From contig CAVBHX010000003.1 of the NCBI GenBank assembly GCA_963595255.1, forward strand, positions 20,944 through 84,943: DNA of 64,000 bases. The letters run 5' to 3'. The notes under the pieces were generated by a model, which worked only from the letters and a program-made list of their open reading frames with translations, was not told the origin of the DNA and made no database searches. This document shows positions 27,386 to 37,629 of the stretch, piece after piece. This DNA comes from a bacterium (lineage in GTDB: Bacteria; Bacillota; Clostridia; Lachnospirales; Lachnospiraceae). A program made the translations under genes and the position numbers. Each line of letters opens with the position of its first letter. Positions within the stretch are counted from its first letter, which is position 1.

Positions 27386-28656
27386 GCTCGTTCACCTGCC
27401 TTTATCAATGTTTCTCCACTTTCCAGTACTCCATTCGGGTAATCTTCTTTGGATGTTACTCCACTGATAGCAGTGTTCTTTCCAATCTGCACCCCATCCG
27501 GTATTACAGATTTTTCACCCACGGCAACCAGGCCAAATGAATAAATTGCCGGTTTTAATTTGTTCGGTATATCACTTCCGATGCCAAATGTAGTATTATC
27601 CCCAACCAGGCAATTTTCTGCAATGATTGCCTTGTCCATGACACAATTCTTACCAACCCTGGTATCTTTCATGATAATAGAATCCCTGATCACGGATCCT
27701 TCTCCTATAACAACTCCGGATCCGATAATACTGTTATGTACTTCACCATATACTTCCGCACCGTTACAGATAATACTTCTCTCGATCACTGACTGTGCCG
27801 AAATATACTGTGGCGGCAGAATCTCACTGTTGGTATATATCTTCCAGAATTCTTCATATAAATTGAACTCCGGTATGATATCGATCAGTTCCATATTGGC
27901 TTCCCAGTAAGATCCCAGTGTTCCGACATCTTTCCAGTAACCGTTATATTCATATGCGAACAATCTCTCACCTTTATTGTGACAATATGGAATGATATGC
28001 TTTCCGAAGTCACAACCAGGCTCGTCCTTCAATGTCTCCAACGCTTCCTTCAGGACTTTCCATGAGAATATATAAATTCCCATAGATGCCAGATTACTCT
28101 TTGGTTCCGCAGGTTTTTCCTGGAATTCCTGAATCCTTCCATCTTCATCTGCGATAACAATACCGAAACGGCTTGCCTCTTCCATCGGCACCGGCATTGC
28201 CGCAATCGTCACGTCTGCGTTATTCGCCTTATGATAATCCAGCATTACTTCATAGTCCATTTTATAAATGTGATCCCCTGATAAGATCAGTACATAATCC
28301 GGATCAAACTGCTCCATATAATCCAGATTCTGATAAATTGCGTTCGCAGTTCCGGAATACCATTCACTGCTTCCGCTTCTCTCATATGGTGGAAGAACCG
28401 TTACTCCTCCGTAATTCCTGTCAAGATCCCAGGGAATACCGATTCCTATATGCGCATTCAATCTCAATGGCTGATACTGGGTCAATACACCCACCGTATC
28501 AATTCCTGAATTAATGCAGTTGCTGAGTGGAAAGTCAATAATGCGATATTTACCTCCAAATGCAACGGCAGGTTTTGCAACTTTTGCTGTGAGGACTCCA
28601 AGTCTGCTGCCCTGTCCTCCTGCCAGCAGCATTGCTATCATTTCCTTCTTTCTCAT
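27382..28656 (-). CDS. glgC: glucose-1-phosphate adenylyltransferase
   Basis: 424 aa. LAGGQGSRL...[18 protein letters not shown] is the canonical GlgC N-terminus. Confidence 0.93.
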   Translation of the reverse strand: MRKKEMIAMLLAGGQGSRLGVLTAKVAKPAVAFGGKYRIIDFPLSNCINSGIDTVGVLTQYQPLRLNAHIGIGIPWDLDRNYGGVTVLPPYERSGSSEWYSGTANAIYQNLDYMEQFDPDYVLILSGDHIYKMDYEVMLDYHKANNADVTIAAMPVPMEEASRFGIVIADEDGRIQEFQEKPAEPKSNLASMGIYIFSWKVLKEALETLKDEPGCDFGKHIIPYCHNKGERLFAYEYNGYWKDVGTLGSYWEANMELIDIIPEFNLYEEFWKIYTNSEILPPQYISAQSVIERSIICNGAEVYGEVHNSIIGSGVVIGEGSVIRDSIIMKDTRVGKNCVMDKAIIAENCLVGDNTTFGIGSDIPNKLKPAIYSFGLVAVGEKSVIPDGVQIGKNTAISGVTSKEDYPNGVLESGETLIKAGERA

Positions 28657-28880
28657 GTCATCACCCCTTCTCAGTAGTCTTGCTTTTTCTATTATACCAT
28701 ACTTCTTCTTACGTAGCTAACAATTTTTACAGTTTTTTTTCGATTTTCGCAAACTTTTTGTTAAATTATTACAAAAACTTACGACTTGGATTTTTTTTGA
28801 TATATGTTTATAATAATATGAAGAACATGTAGTTTTTATGATGATCTTTTTACCTATATTATTAAAAAGGATGGTATATT

Positions 28881-30260
28881 ATGTATAAAATTAATTTTGA
28901 AAAACCTGTACACGTACACTTTATCGGAATCGGCGGTATCAGCATGAGTGGTCTTGCCGAGATACTTTTAAAAGAAGGTTTCACTATTTCCGGATCTGAT
29001 AATAAAGAATCCGCCCTCACAGATCATCTGGAAAAGCTGGGGGCCAAAGTATTCTACGGACAGAAAGCTTCTAATATTATTTCCGGCATCGATGTTGTTG
29101 TATATACTGCCGCAATTCATCCTGATAACGAAGAATTCGCAGAAGCTGTAAAACAGAATCTTCCTATGCTGACCCGTGCAGAACTTCTCGGACAGTTAAT
29201 GACCAACTATGATGTACCGATCGCAATTTCCGGTACCCACGGCAAGACAACGACAACTTCTATGCTGTCACACATTTTACTTGCCGGAGAACTGGATCCT
29301 ACCATCTCTGTCGGCGGCATCTTAAAGGCTATCGGCGGTAACATCCGTGTAGGTAATTCTGAATATTTTGTCACAGAAGCCTGTGAATATACGAACAGTT
29401 TCCTGCATTTCTTCCCGAAGATCGGCGTAATCCTGAATATTGACGAAGATCATCTGGATTTCTTCAAAGACCTGGCTGATATCCGTAATTCTTTCCACCG
29501 CTTTGCGAAATTACTTCCAAAGGATGGAACACTTGTTATCAACGACAACATTCCTGATCTTGAAGAGATCACTGCTGACCTTGACTGCCGCGTGATCCGT
29601 TACGGTAATGACAGCTCTCTTGACTACAGTGCAACCAATATCCTTCATGATAAGAAGGGAGAGGCCTCTTTCGATCTGGTAAAATCCGGTGAATTTATCG
29701 ACCGTATCTCATTATCGGTGAATGGAGATCATAATGTATCCAATGCATTATCAGCCATTGCCGTTGCAGACCTTCTCGGAGTTCCATTTACCAAGATCAA
29801 AGAAGGACTGAAATCGTTCCACGGCACAGACCGTCGTTTCGAATATAAAGGTGAAGTTAATGGAGTTACTGTCATTGATGATTATGCTCATCACCCAACA
29901 GAGATCAATGCAACTTTAACAGCGGCCAAGGAATACCCGCACAAAGAAATATGGTGCATCTTCCAGCCACATACTTATACACGTACCAAAGCATTATTCC
30001 CTGAATTTGTAGATGCCCTGACACATGCCGATCATGTGATCCTCGCAGACATCTACGCTGCCCGTGAGACAGATACTCTGGGCATGTCTTCTGAGATGAT
30101 CGCAGAAGAATTAAAGAAAAAAGGATGCGATGCTTACTATTTCCCAAGCTTTGAAGAGATTGAAAACTTCTGTCTGGACAAGTGCCAGAAAGGGGATGTG
30201 TTGATAACTATGGGAGCCGGAAACGTTGTAAACATTGGGGAAAACCTGCTTAAACGCTAG
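28881..30260 (+). CDS. murC: UDP-N-acetylmuramate--L-alanine ligase
   Basis: 459 aa. VHFIGIGGISMSGLA and GTHGKTTTTSM motifs. Confidence 0.95.
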   Translation: MYKINFEKPVHVHFIGIGGISMSGLAEILLKEGFTISGSDNKESALTDHLEKLGAKVFYGQKASNIISGIDVVVYTAAIHPDNEEFAEAVKQNLPMLTRAELLGQLMTNYDVPIAISGTHGKTTTTSMLSHILLAGELDPTISVGGILKAIGGNIRVGNSEYFVTEACEYTNSFLHFFPKIGVILNIDEDHLDFFKDLADIRNSFHRFAKLLPKDGTLVINDNIPDLEEITADLDCRVIRYGNDSSLDYSATNILHDKKGEASFDLVKSGEFIDRISLSVNGDHNVSNALSAIAVADLLGVPFTKIKEGLKSFHGTDRRFEYKGEVNGVTVIDDYAHHPTEINATLTAAKEYPHKEIWCIFQPHTYTRTKALFPEFVDALTHADHVILADIYAARETDTLGMSSEMIAEELKKKGCDAYYFPSFEEIENFCLDKCQKGDVLITMGAGNVVNIGENLLKR

Positions 30261-30292
30261 TTATCCACATTATCCACACAATTTTATCCACA
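30261..30292 (+). promoter_or_regulatory. cluster of three perfect DnaA boxes
   Basis: TTATCCACA occurs at 30261..30269, 30270..30278 and 30284..30292, all in the same orientation. The cluster lies between the murC stop and an extended -10 promoter (TGCTATAAT, 30342..30350) of the dnaD-like gene. Confidence 0.8.
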
Positions 30293-30405
30293 AAAAAGTC
30301 GGATTTTGACTCAAAAATTTCTTTTTTCCCCGTCTTCCCGGTGCTATAATGTGTCTACGATGAAACGAAAGATACAAAAAGTTCTGGGGAGGACGGGGAA
30401 TTATT

Positions 30406-31524
30406 ATGAAGGAATTAAAACTTACGAAGTATGTACAGACGAACGCAACTGTACTGGACAATGAATTTATCGACCAGTATATGGTCCGAGCCAATGGAGA
30501 ATATGTCAAAGTATATCTCCTGCTTCTCCGTCATATGAATCAGTCCTCCGGATGTCTTTCTGTTTCCGAGCTGGCTGATCTGCTCGAGTGCACAGAGAAG
30601 GATGTACTCCGCGCATTAAGATACTGGAAGAGTGAAGGACTCCTTGATTATCTGGATGACACTCCGGATGATCCGACTCCGCAAAATACGGTCCGTTCAT
30701 CCGTACCAACTTCCGAATTACACGATGTACAGTCCGGCTATATGACTGCGTCCGTTCCATCTATGACAAATCAGATGGATTACCCTGTTGATTCTGTCGA
30801 AGCCCCTGTTTCTGCGGTTCCGGCATCTACAACAAATATTCAGCAGTACCGCAGCCGTAAGGAACGTGCAGAATTCAAAGAATTACTCTTTGTTGCCGAA
30901 CAGTATCTCGGCAAGACACTTTCCGCTACTGATATTGACCAGATTACTTATTTTTATGACACACTGAATATGTCAGCTGAACTTATTGAGTATCTGATCG
31001 AATATTGTGTCGAAAATGGTCACAAGAGTATGCATTATATTAATAAGGTGGCCTTATCATGGCATGAAGAAAACATAACAACTGTGAATCTTGCCAAGAC
31101 AAGTTCATTTCTTTATAATAAGAACTGTTATTGCGTCCTGAATGCATATGGGATTAAGGGCCGCGGTCCTGCCGCTTCTGAGATTGCCTATATCCGCAAA
31201 TGGTCAGAAGAATATGGTTTTGCTCTGGAAGTAATCCTTGAGGCATGTGACCGTACGATGAATGCCATTCATCAGCCAAGCTTTGACTATACCGATTCCA
31301 TTCTGAAGCGCTGGAAGGACAAGAATGTCCGTCAGTTAAAAGATATCGATGCGGTAGATGCTGATTATCGCAAAGAGAAGGAACGTGCGAAAGAGCTCGC
31401 AAAGGAACGCAAAAGACAGCAACAGGCACAGAAGCCTACAATTAACCAGAACAATAAGTTCAACAATTTCGACGGACGTTCTTATGATATGAATGATCTG
31501 GAACGTCGTCTGGTTCAGCAATAA
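30406..31524 (+). CDS. DnaD-domain replication initiation / membrane attachment protein (B. subtilis DnaB/DnaD-like)
   Basis: 372 aa. Winged-helix-like N-terminus and duplicated DnaB_2/DnaD C-terminal-type repeats (ITYFYDTLNMSAELIEYLIEYC..., IAYIRKWSEEYGFALEVILEAC...). Confidence 0.8.
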   Translation: MKELKLTKYVQTNATVLDNEFIDQYMVRANGEYVKVYLLLLRHMNQSSGCLSVSELADLLECTEKDVLRALRYWKSEGLLDYLDDTPDDPTPQNTVRSSVPTSELHDVQSGYMTASVPSMTNQMDYPVDSVEAPVSAVPASTTNIQQYRSRKERAEFKELLFVAEQYLGKTLSATDIDQITYFYDTLNMSAELIEYLIEYCVENGHKSMHYINKVALSWHEENITTVNLAKTSSFLYNKNCYCVLNAYGIKGRGPAASEIAYIRKWSEEYGFALEVILEACDRTMNAIHQPSFDYTDSILKRWKDKNVRQLKDIDAVDADYRKEKERAKELAKERKRQQQAQKPTINQNNKFNNFDGRSYDMNDLERRLVQQ

Positions 31525-31574
31525 AGTATACATATCAGATTCTATTATGCGAATGCAGAGGAGTTTTCCATAAC

Positions 31575-32588
31575 ATGGCACTTTCCAATTCTCAGTACGA
31601 TCATTTAATGCGTACTTATGAACAAAAACAACTGGATAATGAGTTTCAACTCAGAAAACGCTATGAGAAGGCATACGCCCTCATTCCTGAATTAGAGGAA
31701 GTGGATCATTCCATCTCCTCTTTAAGTGTTAAAAAGGCAAGACTGCTTCTGGACGGAGATCAGACTGCTCTTTCTTCTTTAAAATCAGAGCTCAAAGAAC
31801 TCTCCGCCAGAAAGCCGGCTTTATTAAAAGCGCACGGTCTTCCTGCCAATTACCTTGAATTACACTATCAGTGTCCGGATTGTAAAGATACCGGTTATAT
31901 TGGCACACATAAATGTCACTGTTTCAAAAAAGCGATTGTGGATTATTTATATACGCAATCTAATCTCAAAGATATCCTTGACAAAGAGAACTTTTCAACC
32001 TGTTCTCTGTCCTACTATTCCAGGAATCATATCGATCCGCTTACCGGACGTTCTTCTCTGGAATCAATGGAAACTGCATTAAATGTCTGTCACAACTTCG
32101 TAGATACATTTTCTAAAGAATTTCATAACATACTACTGTATGGAGATACCGGTGTCGGAAAGACTTTTCTTTCTCACTGCATCGCAAAAGAATTAATGGA
32201 TTCCGCTTATTCCGTTATTTACTTTACAGCAGCCGGACTTTTTGATATCCTTGCAGAGAATACATTTGGCAAAAGACAGGACAAGGATTCTGATGTATTT
32301 GAACACATCTATGACTGTGACTTGCTGATCATTGATGATCTGGGTACAGAACTGCCGAATTCATTTACTGTATCCCAGTTGTTCATTTGTCTGAATGAAC
32401 GCATATTAAGGCAGAAATCAACCATAATATCTACCAACCTTGCATTGGAAGATATAAAATCAATCTACTCGGAACGGACATTCTCACGAATCAGCAGTAA
32501 TTATACAATTCTGCGTATTACCGGTGACGATATCCGTATCCAAAAAAAATTATTAAACCTGGGAGGTACTAATGATGTTACGCCGTAA
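31575..32588 (+). CDS. dnaI: DnaI/DnaC-like helicase loader ATPase
   Basis: 337 aa. Zn-ribbon-like CPDCKDTGY...HKCHCF, Walker A GDTGVGKTFL and Walker B LLIIDDLGTE. Confidence 0.85.
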   Translation: MALSNSQYDHLMRTYEQKQLDNEFQLRKRYEKAYALIPELEEVDHSISSLSVKKARLLLDGDQTALSSLKSELKELSARKPALLKAHGLPANYLELHYQCPDCKDTGYIGTHKCHCFKKAIVDYLYTQSNLKDILDKENFSTCSLSYYSRNHIDPLTGRSSLESMETALNVCHNFVDTFSKEFHNILLYGDTGVGKTFLSHCIAKELMDSAYSVIYFTAAGLFDILAENTFGKRQDKDSDVFEHIYDCDLLIIDDLGTELPNSFTVSQLFICLNERILRQKSTIISTNLALEDIKSIYSERTFSRISSNYTILRITGDDIRIQKKLLNLGGTNDVTP

Positions 32589-33759
32589 CGATCGTAATCT
32601 TGAGAATATACCGGTAGGAGCACTTGGACTTATTGCTCTTGACGGTTGTACAGAGATGGGAGCAAAGGTAAATGATTATCTCGTAAAATGGAGAAAGGAA
32701 GATGGACATATTCATAAGAACGATGTCGCTTTCACAGGCTATGAGAAAGACACTTACTTAATCGATGCAAAAGTTCCACGTTTTGGTTCAGGTGAAGCAA
32801 AAGGTATTATTAATGAATCCGTTCGTGGTAAAGATCTTTATCTTATGGTCGATGTATGTAACTACAGCCTGACATATTCCCTGACAGGAAATATTAACCA
32901 TATGTCCCCTGACGATCATTATCAGAACTTGAAACGTATTATTGCAGCAGTAGGTGGAAAAGGACGTCGTATTAACGTCATTATGCCATTCTTATATGAA
33001 AGCCGTCAGCACAAGAGAAGCAGCCGTGAATCTCTGGACTGTGCACTCGCTCTTCAGGAGCTTGTCCGTATGGGTGTTGACAATATCATCACATTTGATG
33101 CACACGATCCTCGTGTACAGAATGCGATTCCATTAAACGGATTTGAAACAATCCGTCCGACATACCAGTTCGTCAAAGGTCTTCTCCGTACCTTCAAAGA
33201 CCTTCAGATCGACAGCGATCACATGATGGCAATCAGCCCGGATGAAGGTGCTACAGGACGTGCAATTTATCTTGCCAACGTACTGAACCTTGATATGGGT
33301 ATGTTCTACAAACGCCGTGACTTCTCACGTGTGGTAGACGGCCGTAACCCGATCGTTGCTCATGAGTTCCTTGGATCTTCCGTAGAAGGAAAAGATGTGA
33401 TCATCCTTGATGACATGATTTCTTCCGGTGACAGTATGTTAGACGTTGCCCGCCAGTTAAAACAGCGCAAAGCAAAACGTATCTTCTGCGCGGCTACATT
33501 CGGTCTGTTCACAAACGGTCTGGAGAAATTCGACCAGGCATATGAAGAAGGCATCTTAGATGCTGTTCTGACTACCAACCTGATCTACCAGACACCTGAA
33601 CTTCTGGAACGTCCGTATTACATTAACTGTGATATGAGCAAATATATTGCCCTCGTGATCGACACTCTTAACCACGATGGTTCTATCAGCAGTATCCTGA
33701 ATCCTATCGAAAGAATTCAGAATATTGTCAATAAGTATAAAAATGGTGAAGAGATTTAA
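32572..33759 (+). CDS. prs: ribose-phosphate diphosphokinase (long form)
   Basis: 395 aa. PRPP-binding loop VIILDDMISSGDS and Prs-like N-domain. Confidence 0.85.
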   Translation: MMLRRNDRNLENIPVGALGLIALDGCTEMGAKVNDYLVKWRKEDGHIHKNDVAFTGYEKDTYLIDAKVPRFGSGEAKGIINESVRGKDLYLMVDVCNYSLTYSLTGNINHMSPDDHYQNLKRIIAAVGGKGRRINVIMPFLYESRQHKRSSRESLDCALALQELVRMGVDNIITFDAHDPRVQNAIPLNGFETIRPTYQFVKGLLRTFKDLQIDSDHMMAISPDEGATGRAIYLANVLNLDMGMFYKRRDFSRVVDGRNPIVAHEFLGSSVEGKDVIILDDMISSGDSMLDVARQLKQRKAKRIFCAATFGLFTNGLEKFDQAYEEGILDAVLTTNLIYQTPELLERPYYINCDMSKYIALVIDTLNHDGSISSILNPIERIQNIVNKYKNGEEI

Positions 33760-33763
33760 TAGT

Positions 33764-33809
33764 ATCTACAGGACCTGCCACTGGCAGCTCCTTACGAATG
33801 CACGTGATT
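33764..33809 (+). repeat. intergenic hairpin repeat, copy C
   Basis: ATCTACAGGACCTGCCACTGGCAGCTCCTTACGAATGCACGTGATT, 40 of 46 positions identical to copy B at 5339. Confidence 0.75.
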
Positions 33810-33848
33810 AAAAAATGCTGCCGGGAATTTCCCGACAGCATTTTTTTA
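33809..33848. terminator. bidirectional terminator between prs and the yhaN-like gene
   Basis: AAAAAATGCTGCCGGGAA-TT-TCCCGACAGCATTTTTTT. Confidence 0.8.
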
Positions 33849-35414
33849 AAGTTCTATCTTGTGATAAACAAGTCCGGCTTCTTTCATCACCTGTTCTTCT
33901 CTCTTCTGACAGGTAAATATGATCACTTGTTTCTTATGTTCTTTCAACCATCTGAGTGTCTGAAGCATTCTCTCCTCATCATAATATGCAAATGCATCAT
34001 CCAGTATCACCGGCATCTCTTCCTCACATAAAAGCTCTCCCACTGCCATACGGAGTGCCAGATAGACCTGTTCTACCGTTCCACGGCTTACCTGTTCAAT
34101 CTCTACTCTCTTTTCATCTGTCATAAGCGATACATGAAGTTTTTCATCTGTCACAAGCTTTTTATATTTTCCACCTGTGATCTCACAGATGAATGATGAC
34201 GCTTTCTCATTCAGATCTCTTTTTAGATATCTCCGCATCTCCTCTGACAACTGTTCCAGATGATCTGCCGCCATCTGGACTGCCTGGCGTTTCATCTCAT
34301 ATTCCCTGGAACGTTCATTAACTTCATCCAGTTCCGCGAGCTGTTCTCCCAGGTTGTCATACTGAATTCTCTTCTCTTTTAATTCCGCTGTAATATGCGA
34401 TTTCTCCCAGCGTAACTTCTCTATCGGAACTTTCTCTTCTTCCTGCGTGATCTCTTCAAGGATAATCTCTGGCTCTGTTTTTACCTGTTTTTTTCCAACT
34501 TTCATCCGGTTCCATATATATAAGCCGAACGCAAGGAATAACACAATAGCAATCAGATAATTCCACGGTTTCGAGAACAGGATGACTGCAATCACAATAA
34601 CCAGTGCAAATACCAGAAGTTCCATTGGATGGATCCTCCATTTTTCCGGGCGGATCTCATCCATGACACCTTTTCCATGTTCTTCTTCCCTCTGGCGCTC
34701 TTTTTTCTTTTCTTCTTCCTTTTCCAGCCGATACGCAAGCTCTTCTTCTACGCGTTCCAGTTCTTCTTCCAGATGATGTACATCACGCCAGACAAAAGAT
34801 ACTTCCTGCTCAAGCTTTTCACGTTTCTGCTGCTTTTGAGCCATTTCCATACGGATCTCATTTTCCAGGATCTTCTTCCTGCCTCTTAACTGTTCCAATG
34901 CACCGGCCATGTCAATCTCTCCGTTTCCCGAGGTGTAATAGTTTGTCGCATAATTTTTCAGCTCTGCCACAATACTTTCCCCCATCTGTGCATTCCTCTG
35001 ACTCATGGAAACAGTATTATCGTAACGTTCTGCGTCCATCTCTCCAAGCAGCATCTGAAGATCTCCGTCTTCTACAGACAGTACTTCACCGTCTTCTTCA
35101 CAGATCAGTTCCGCTTTTTTAGAATACTTATCAAAATTTCTTTCGATGCGGAAATGTTTCTCTCCACTTTTGAACTTCAATATACCGGAATAGTAATTAG
35201 GATTTTCCCACGGTTCGTATATGCTGAAAGTATCATTTTGCGCAGCCCGTCCTCTCCCTCTTTCTATTCCGAAAAGCATTCCCCTGATGAATGTATGGAT
35301 TGTAGACTTTCCTGATTCATTTTCCCCGTGAATCAGGTTGATTCCCTCCTCCAGATCTATCTGCCGGTCATGAAATTTTCCAAAGTTTTTTAACAATAAT
35401 TCATTAATCTGCAT
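33846..35414 (-). CDS. YhaN-like SMC/Rad50-type ATPase with a central TM hairpin
   Basis: 522 aa. Walker A GENESGKST, coiled-coil segments and two TM helices (LLVFALVIVIAVILF, LIAIVLFLAFGLYIW). Signature-like SRGTVEQVYLALRMA and Walker B/D-loop PVILDDAFAYYD. Confidence 0.75.
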   Translation of the reverse strand: MQINELLLKNFGKFHDRQIDLEEGINLIHGENESGKSTIHTFIRGMLFGIERGRGRAAQNDTFSIYEPWENPNYYSGILKFKSGEKHFRIERNFDKYSKKAELICEEDGEVLSVEDGDLQMLLGEMDAERYDNTVSMSQRNAQMGESIVAELKNYATNYYTSGNGEIDMAGALEQLRGRKKILENEIRMEMAQKQQKREKLEQEVSFVWRDVHHLEEELERVEEELAYRLEKEEEKKKERQREEEHGKGVMDEIRPEKWRIHPMELLVFALVIVIAVILFSKPWNYLIAIVLFLAFGLYIWNRMKVGKKQVKTEPEIILEEITQEEEKVPIEKLRWEKSHITAELKEKRIQYDNLGEQLAELDEVNERSREYEMKRQAVQMAADHLEQLSEEMRRYLKRDLNEKASSFICEITGGKYKKLVTDEKLHVSLMTDEKRVEIEQVSRGTVEQVYLALRMAVGELLCEEEMPVILDDAFAYYDEERMLQTLRWLKEHKKQVIIFTCQKREEQVMKEAGLVYHKIEL

Positions 35415-35423
35415 CTTTCGGTT

Positions 35424-36479
35424 CTATCCTCTTCTCGTCTCCATCAAAGCCTGCACTCCTTCACAGAGTGCCTGGTACTCCAGACTGTCGGCCGGATAGC
35501 CACTCAGGCTTTCAATATATTGTCCGAGAATGTTTCCTTTATTTTCATTTTTTAATTTTTCAAAGTCATATGCAGGCTTTGTGTGGTCTGTAATCTCCAC
35601 CACATTACCGTATGGATCCATATGATCCAGCTCATACCAGATATCCGGATCTCGATAACCAGTCAGTGTAATCTTATACATGTGCTGCTTTCCCTGCTCT
35701 TCGATCATATCTGCAATCTTCTGCCTCAGTACATGGCCGGTCACAGATTTATCCACCTGTACCTCGCAGTGTCTGTATTCACGCAGTGCATGTGGCACAA
35801 AACGGATCTGACAACCATTTCCGGTGATCTTTCCTTCAATATAACCATGAGCTCCTGTATCACCTACATCCGTCGGCTCCAGCGATCCGGCATATGCCAT
35901 CCGGTTCTCCACCAGCATCTGCGGCTTGTGGATATGTCCAAATGCAACATAATCATACCCAAGCGTCATGATCTGATTACTCTTGATCGGAATATGTTTC
36001 TCATCCCCGCCGTGTGCAAGCAAAATCTCATACTTCTGCCGTCCTTCCGGAACTGCATGATCATATAACGGCTCCAGAATTTCTCTGGAATGATAACTGC
36101 ATCCATAGACAGCCGTCTGGATCCGGTCAAGTTCCACACAGCTCATTTCCTGCGAACAGATCATGTGCACATGCGGTGCCCAGGTAAATGTCCGGTAATA
36201 AGAGTTTTTCCTGATATGATCATGATTCCCGGCGATCATAACAACTTCTGTCTGCTCCAGCATCTCCAGTATGGAATTCATTTCTTTTAATTCTCTTAAA
36301 AGTGGCTGCCTGTGGAACAGGTCCCCCGCGATCAGCAACAGATCTGTCTTTTTCTGATTGCAGATTGTTATGATATCACGAAAGCTGTCCCAGAGCTCCT
36401 GTTCTCTATTTTGACTGTACGCGTTTCCCGCGTCCGGCTTTGCCCCTAAATGCAAGTCTGCGATGTGTATGAACTTCAT
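35424..36479 (-). CDS. SbcD/Mre11-like metallophosphoesterase (YhaO-like DNA repair exonuclease)
   Basis: 351 aa. Motifs IHIADLHLG, AGDLFH, GNHD and GHIH. Confidence 0.85.
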   Translation of the reverse strand: MKFIHIADLHLGAKPDAGNAYSQNREQELWDSFRDIITICNQKKTDLLLIAGDLFHRQPLLRELKEMNSILEMLEQTEVVMIAGNHDHIRKNSYYRTFTWAPHVHMICSQEMSCVELDRIQTAVYGCSYHSREILEPLYDHAVPEGRQKYEILLAHGGDEKHIPIKSNQIMTLGYDYVAFGHIHKPQMLVENRMAYAGSLEPTDVGDTGAHGYIEGKITGNGCQIRFVPHALREYRHCEVQVDKSVTGHVLRQKIADMIEEQGKQHMYKITLTGYRDPDIWYELDHMDPYGNVVEITDHTKPAYDFEKLKNENKGNILGQYIESLSGYPADSLEYQALCEGVQALMETRRG

Positions 36480-37629
36480 CCTCGCTTCCCTCTTTCTGTT
36501 CTGTCTTCTCTTTCGATGGCAGTGTTACGACAAACTGTGTCCGGTTGTCATCACTTTTTGCCAGGATTCTTCCTCCGTGCAGCTCCACGATCTGTTTGGC
36601 AATCGCAAGTCCCAGACCTGCGCCGCCGGTTCCTGTCGATCTGGAACCATCCACGCGATAGAATTTCTCGAATATCGTCTGAAGCATATCGCCCGGGATC
36701 TTATCACCTGCATTGGTAAATGTGATCTCGATGTCACCATCCTTCATTTTCGCTTCGATCCGGATCTCCGTATCTGCATAGCAGTAAGCAATTGCATTTC
36801 TTAAGATATTATCGAATACTCTTGCAAGCTTATCCGGATCTCCGTAGATCATCAGATCTTCTTCTACATCCACTTCACAGGTCAGCTTCTTTTCCTGGAG
36901 GACTCCGTACAGCTCATCTGCAAGCTGTTCAAGCATCATCGTAAGATCAATCTCTACCGGTTCCAGTTCGATATTCTGAAGATTATATCTTGTAATATCA
37001 AAAAATTCATTGATCAGCTCTCCTAATCGGATGGATTTTTCCAATGCGATGTGAGTATATGCTTTTCGTTCTTCTTCCGGCATGTCGGGATGATCTTCGA
37101 GCATCGTAAGATACGCCACGATCGAAGTCAGCGGCGTCTTCAGATCATGCGCCAGAAAAAGCACCAGGTCGTTTTTCTTCTTTTCGCCTTCCGATGCCTC
37201 CAGCTCCTGCCGTTTTAATGTTGCTTTAATCTCATTCAAACGGATCTCTATTGGTTTTAATTCTGTGATCAGATGAATGGGATCTGTAGATTCCGATATA
37301 ATATTTTCAATTCCATGATCAATCTGATCCAGGTATTTTGTCATCTGGGAAAGCGCAACATAAAAAAACAGCGCAAAAAGGATCAGATAACCAACAATCA
37401 TATAAAAGGTCTTGTTATCCCCGATCAATTTCCAGTAAAGCTGAACCGCTGTCTCTTCTTTTATATTCAGAAATACCAGAACATTTACAAAAATTCTGGC
37501 AAAACTGTCATTATAGATTCCATCGATCACAAACTTAAGCAGTACCCCTCCTACCAGAACGGTAAGCGCTGTGACCAGCACCGTCTGCAGGAGGATACTG
37601 AATTTTAATTTCCGATAATTATTCTTCAA
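36406..37629 (-). CDS. sensor histidine kinase (VanS-like)
   Basis: H-box AHDLKTPLTSI, N/G boxes (NILRNAI, GGAGLGLAIA) and two N-terminal TM helices. A likely TTG start at 37629 overlaps the regulator stop (GTTGAAGAATAA). The 3' end overlaps the yhaO-like start by 74 nt. Confidence 0.85.
   Translation of the reverse strand: MKNNYRKLKFSILLQTVLVTALTVLVGGVLLKFVIDGIYNDSFARIFVNVLVFLNIKEETAVQLYWKLIGDNKTFYMIVGYLILFALFFYVALSQMTKYLDQIDHGIENIISESTDPIHLITELKPIEIRLNEIKATLKRQELEASEGEKKKNDLVLFLAHDLKTPLTSIVAYLTMLEDHPDMPEEERKAYTHIALEKSIRLGELINEFFDITRYNLQNIELEPVEIDLTMMLEQLADELYGVLQEKKLTCEVDVEEDLMIYGDPDKLARVFDNILRNAIAYCYADTEIRIEAKMKDGDIEITFTNAGDKIPGDMLQTIFEKFYRVDGSRSTGTGGAGLGLAIAKQIVELHGGRILAKSDDNRTQFVVTLPSKEKTEQKEGSEDEVHTHRRLAFRGKAGRGKRVQSK

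Noticed and set aside
30261-30400. The possibility that the DnaA-box cluster is the replication origin (oriC).
   Set aside because: There is no dnaA or dnaN gene nearby, there are only three boxes, and there is no obvious AT-rich 13-mer-type unwinding element. The cluster sits in a promoter region, so a regulatory or titration site is the more conservative reading.
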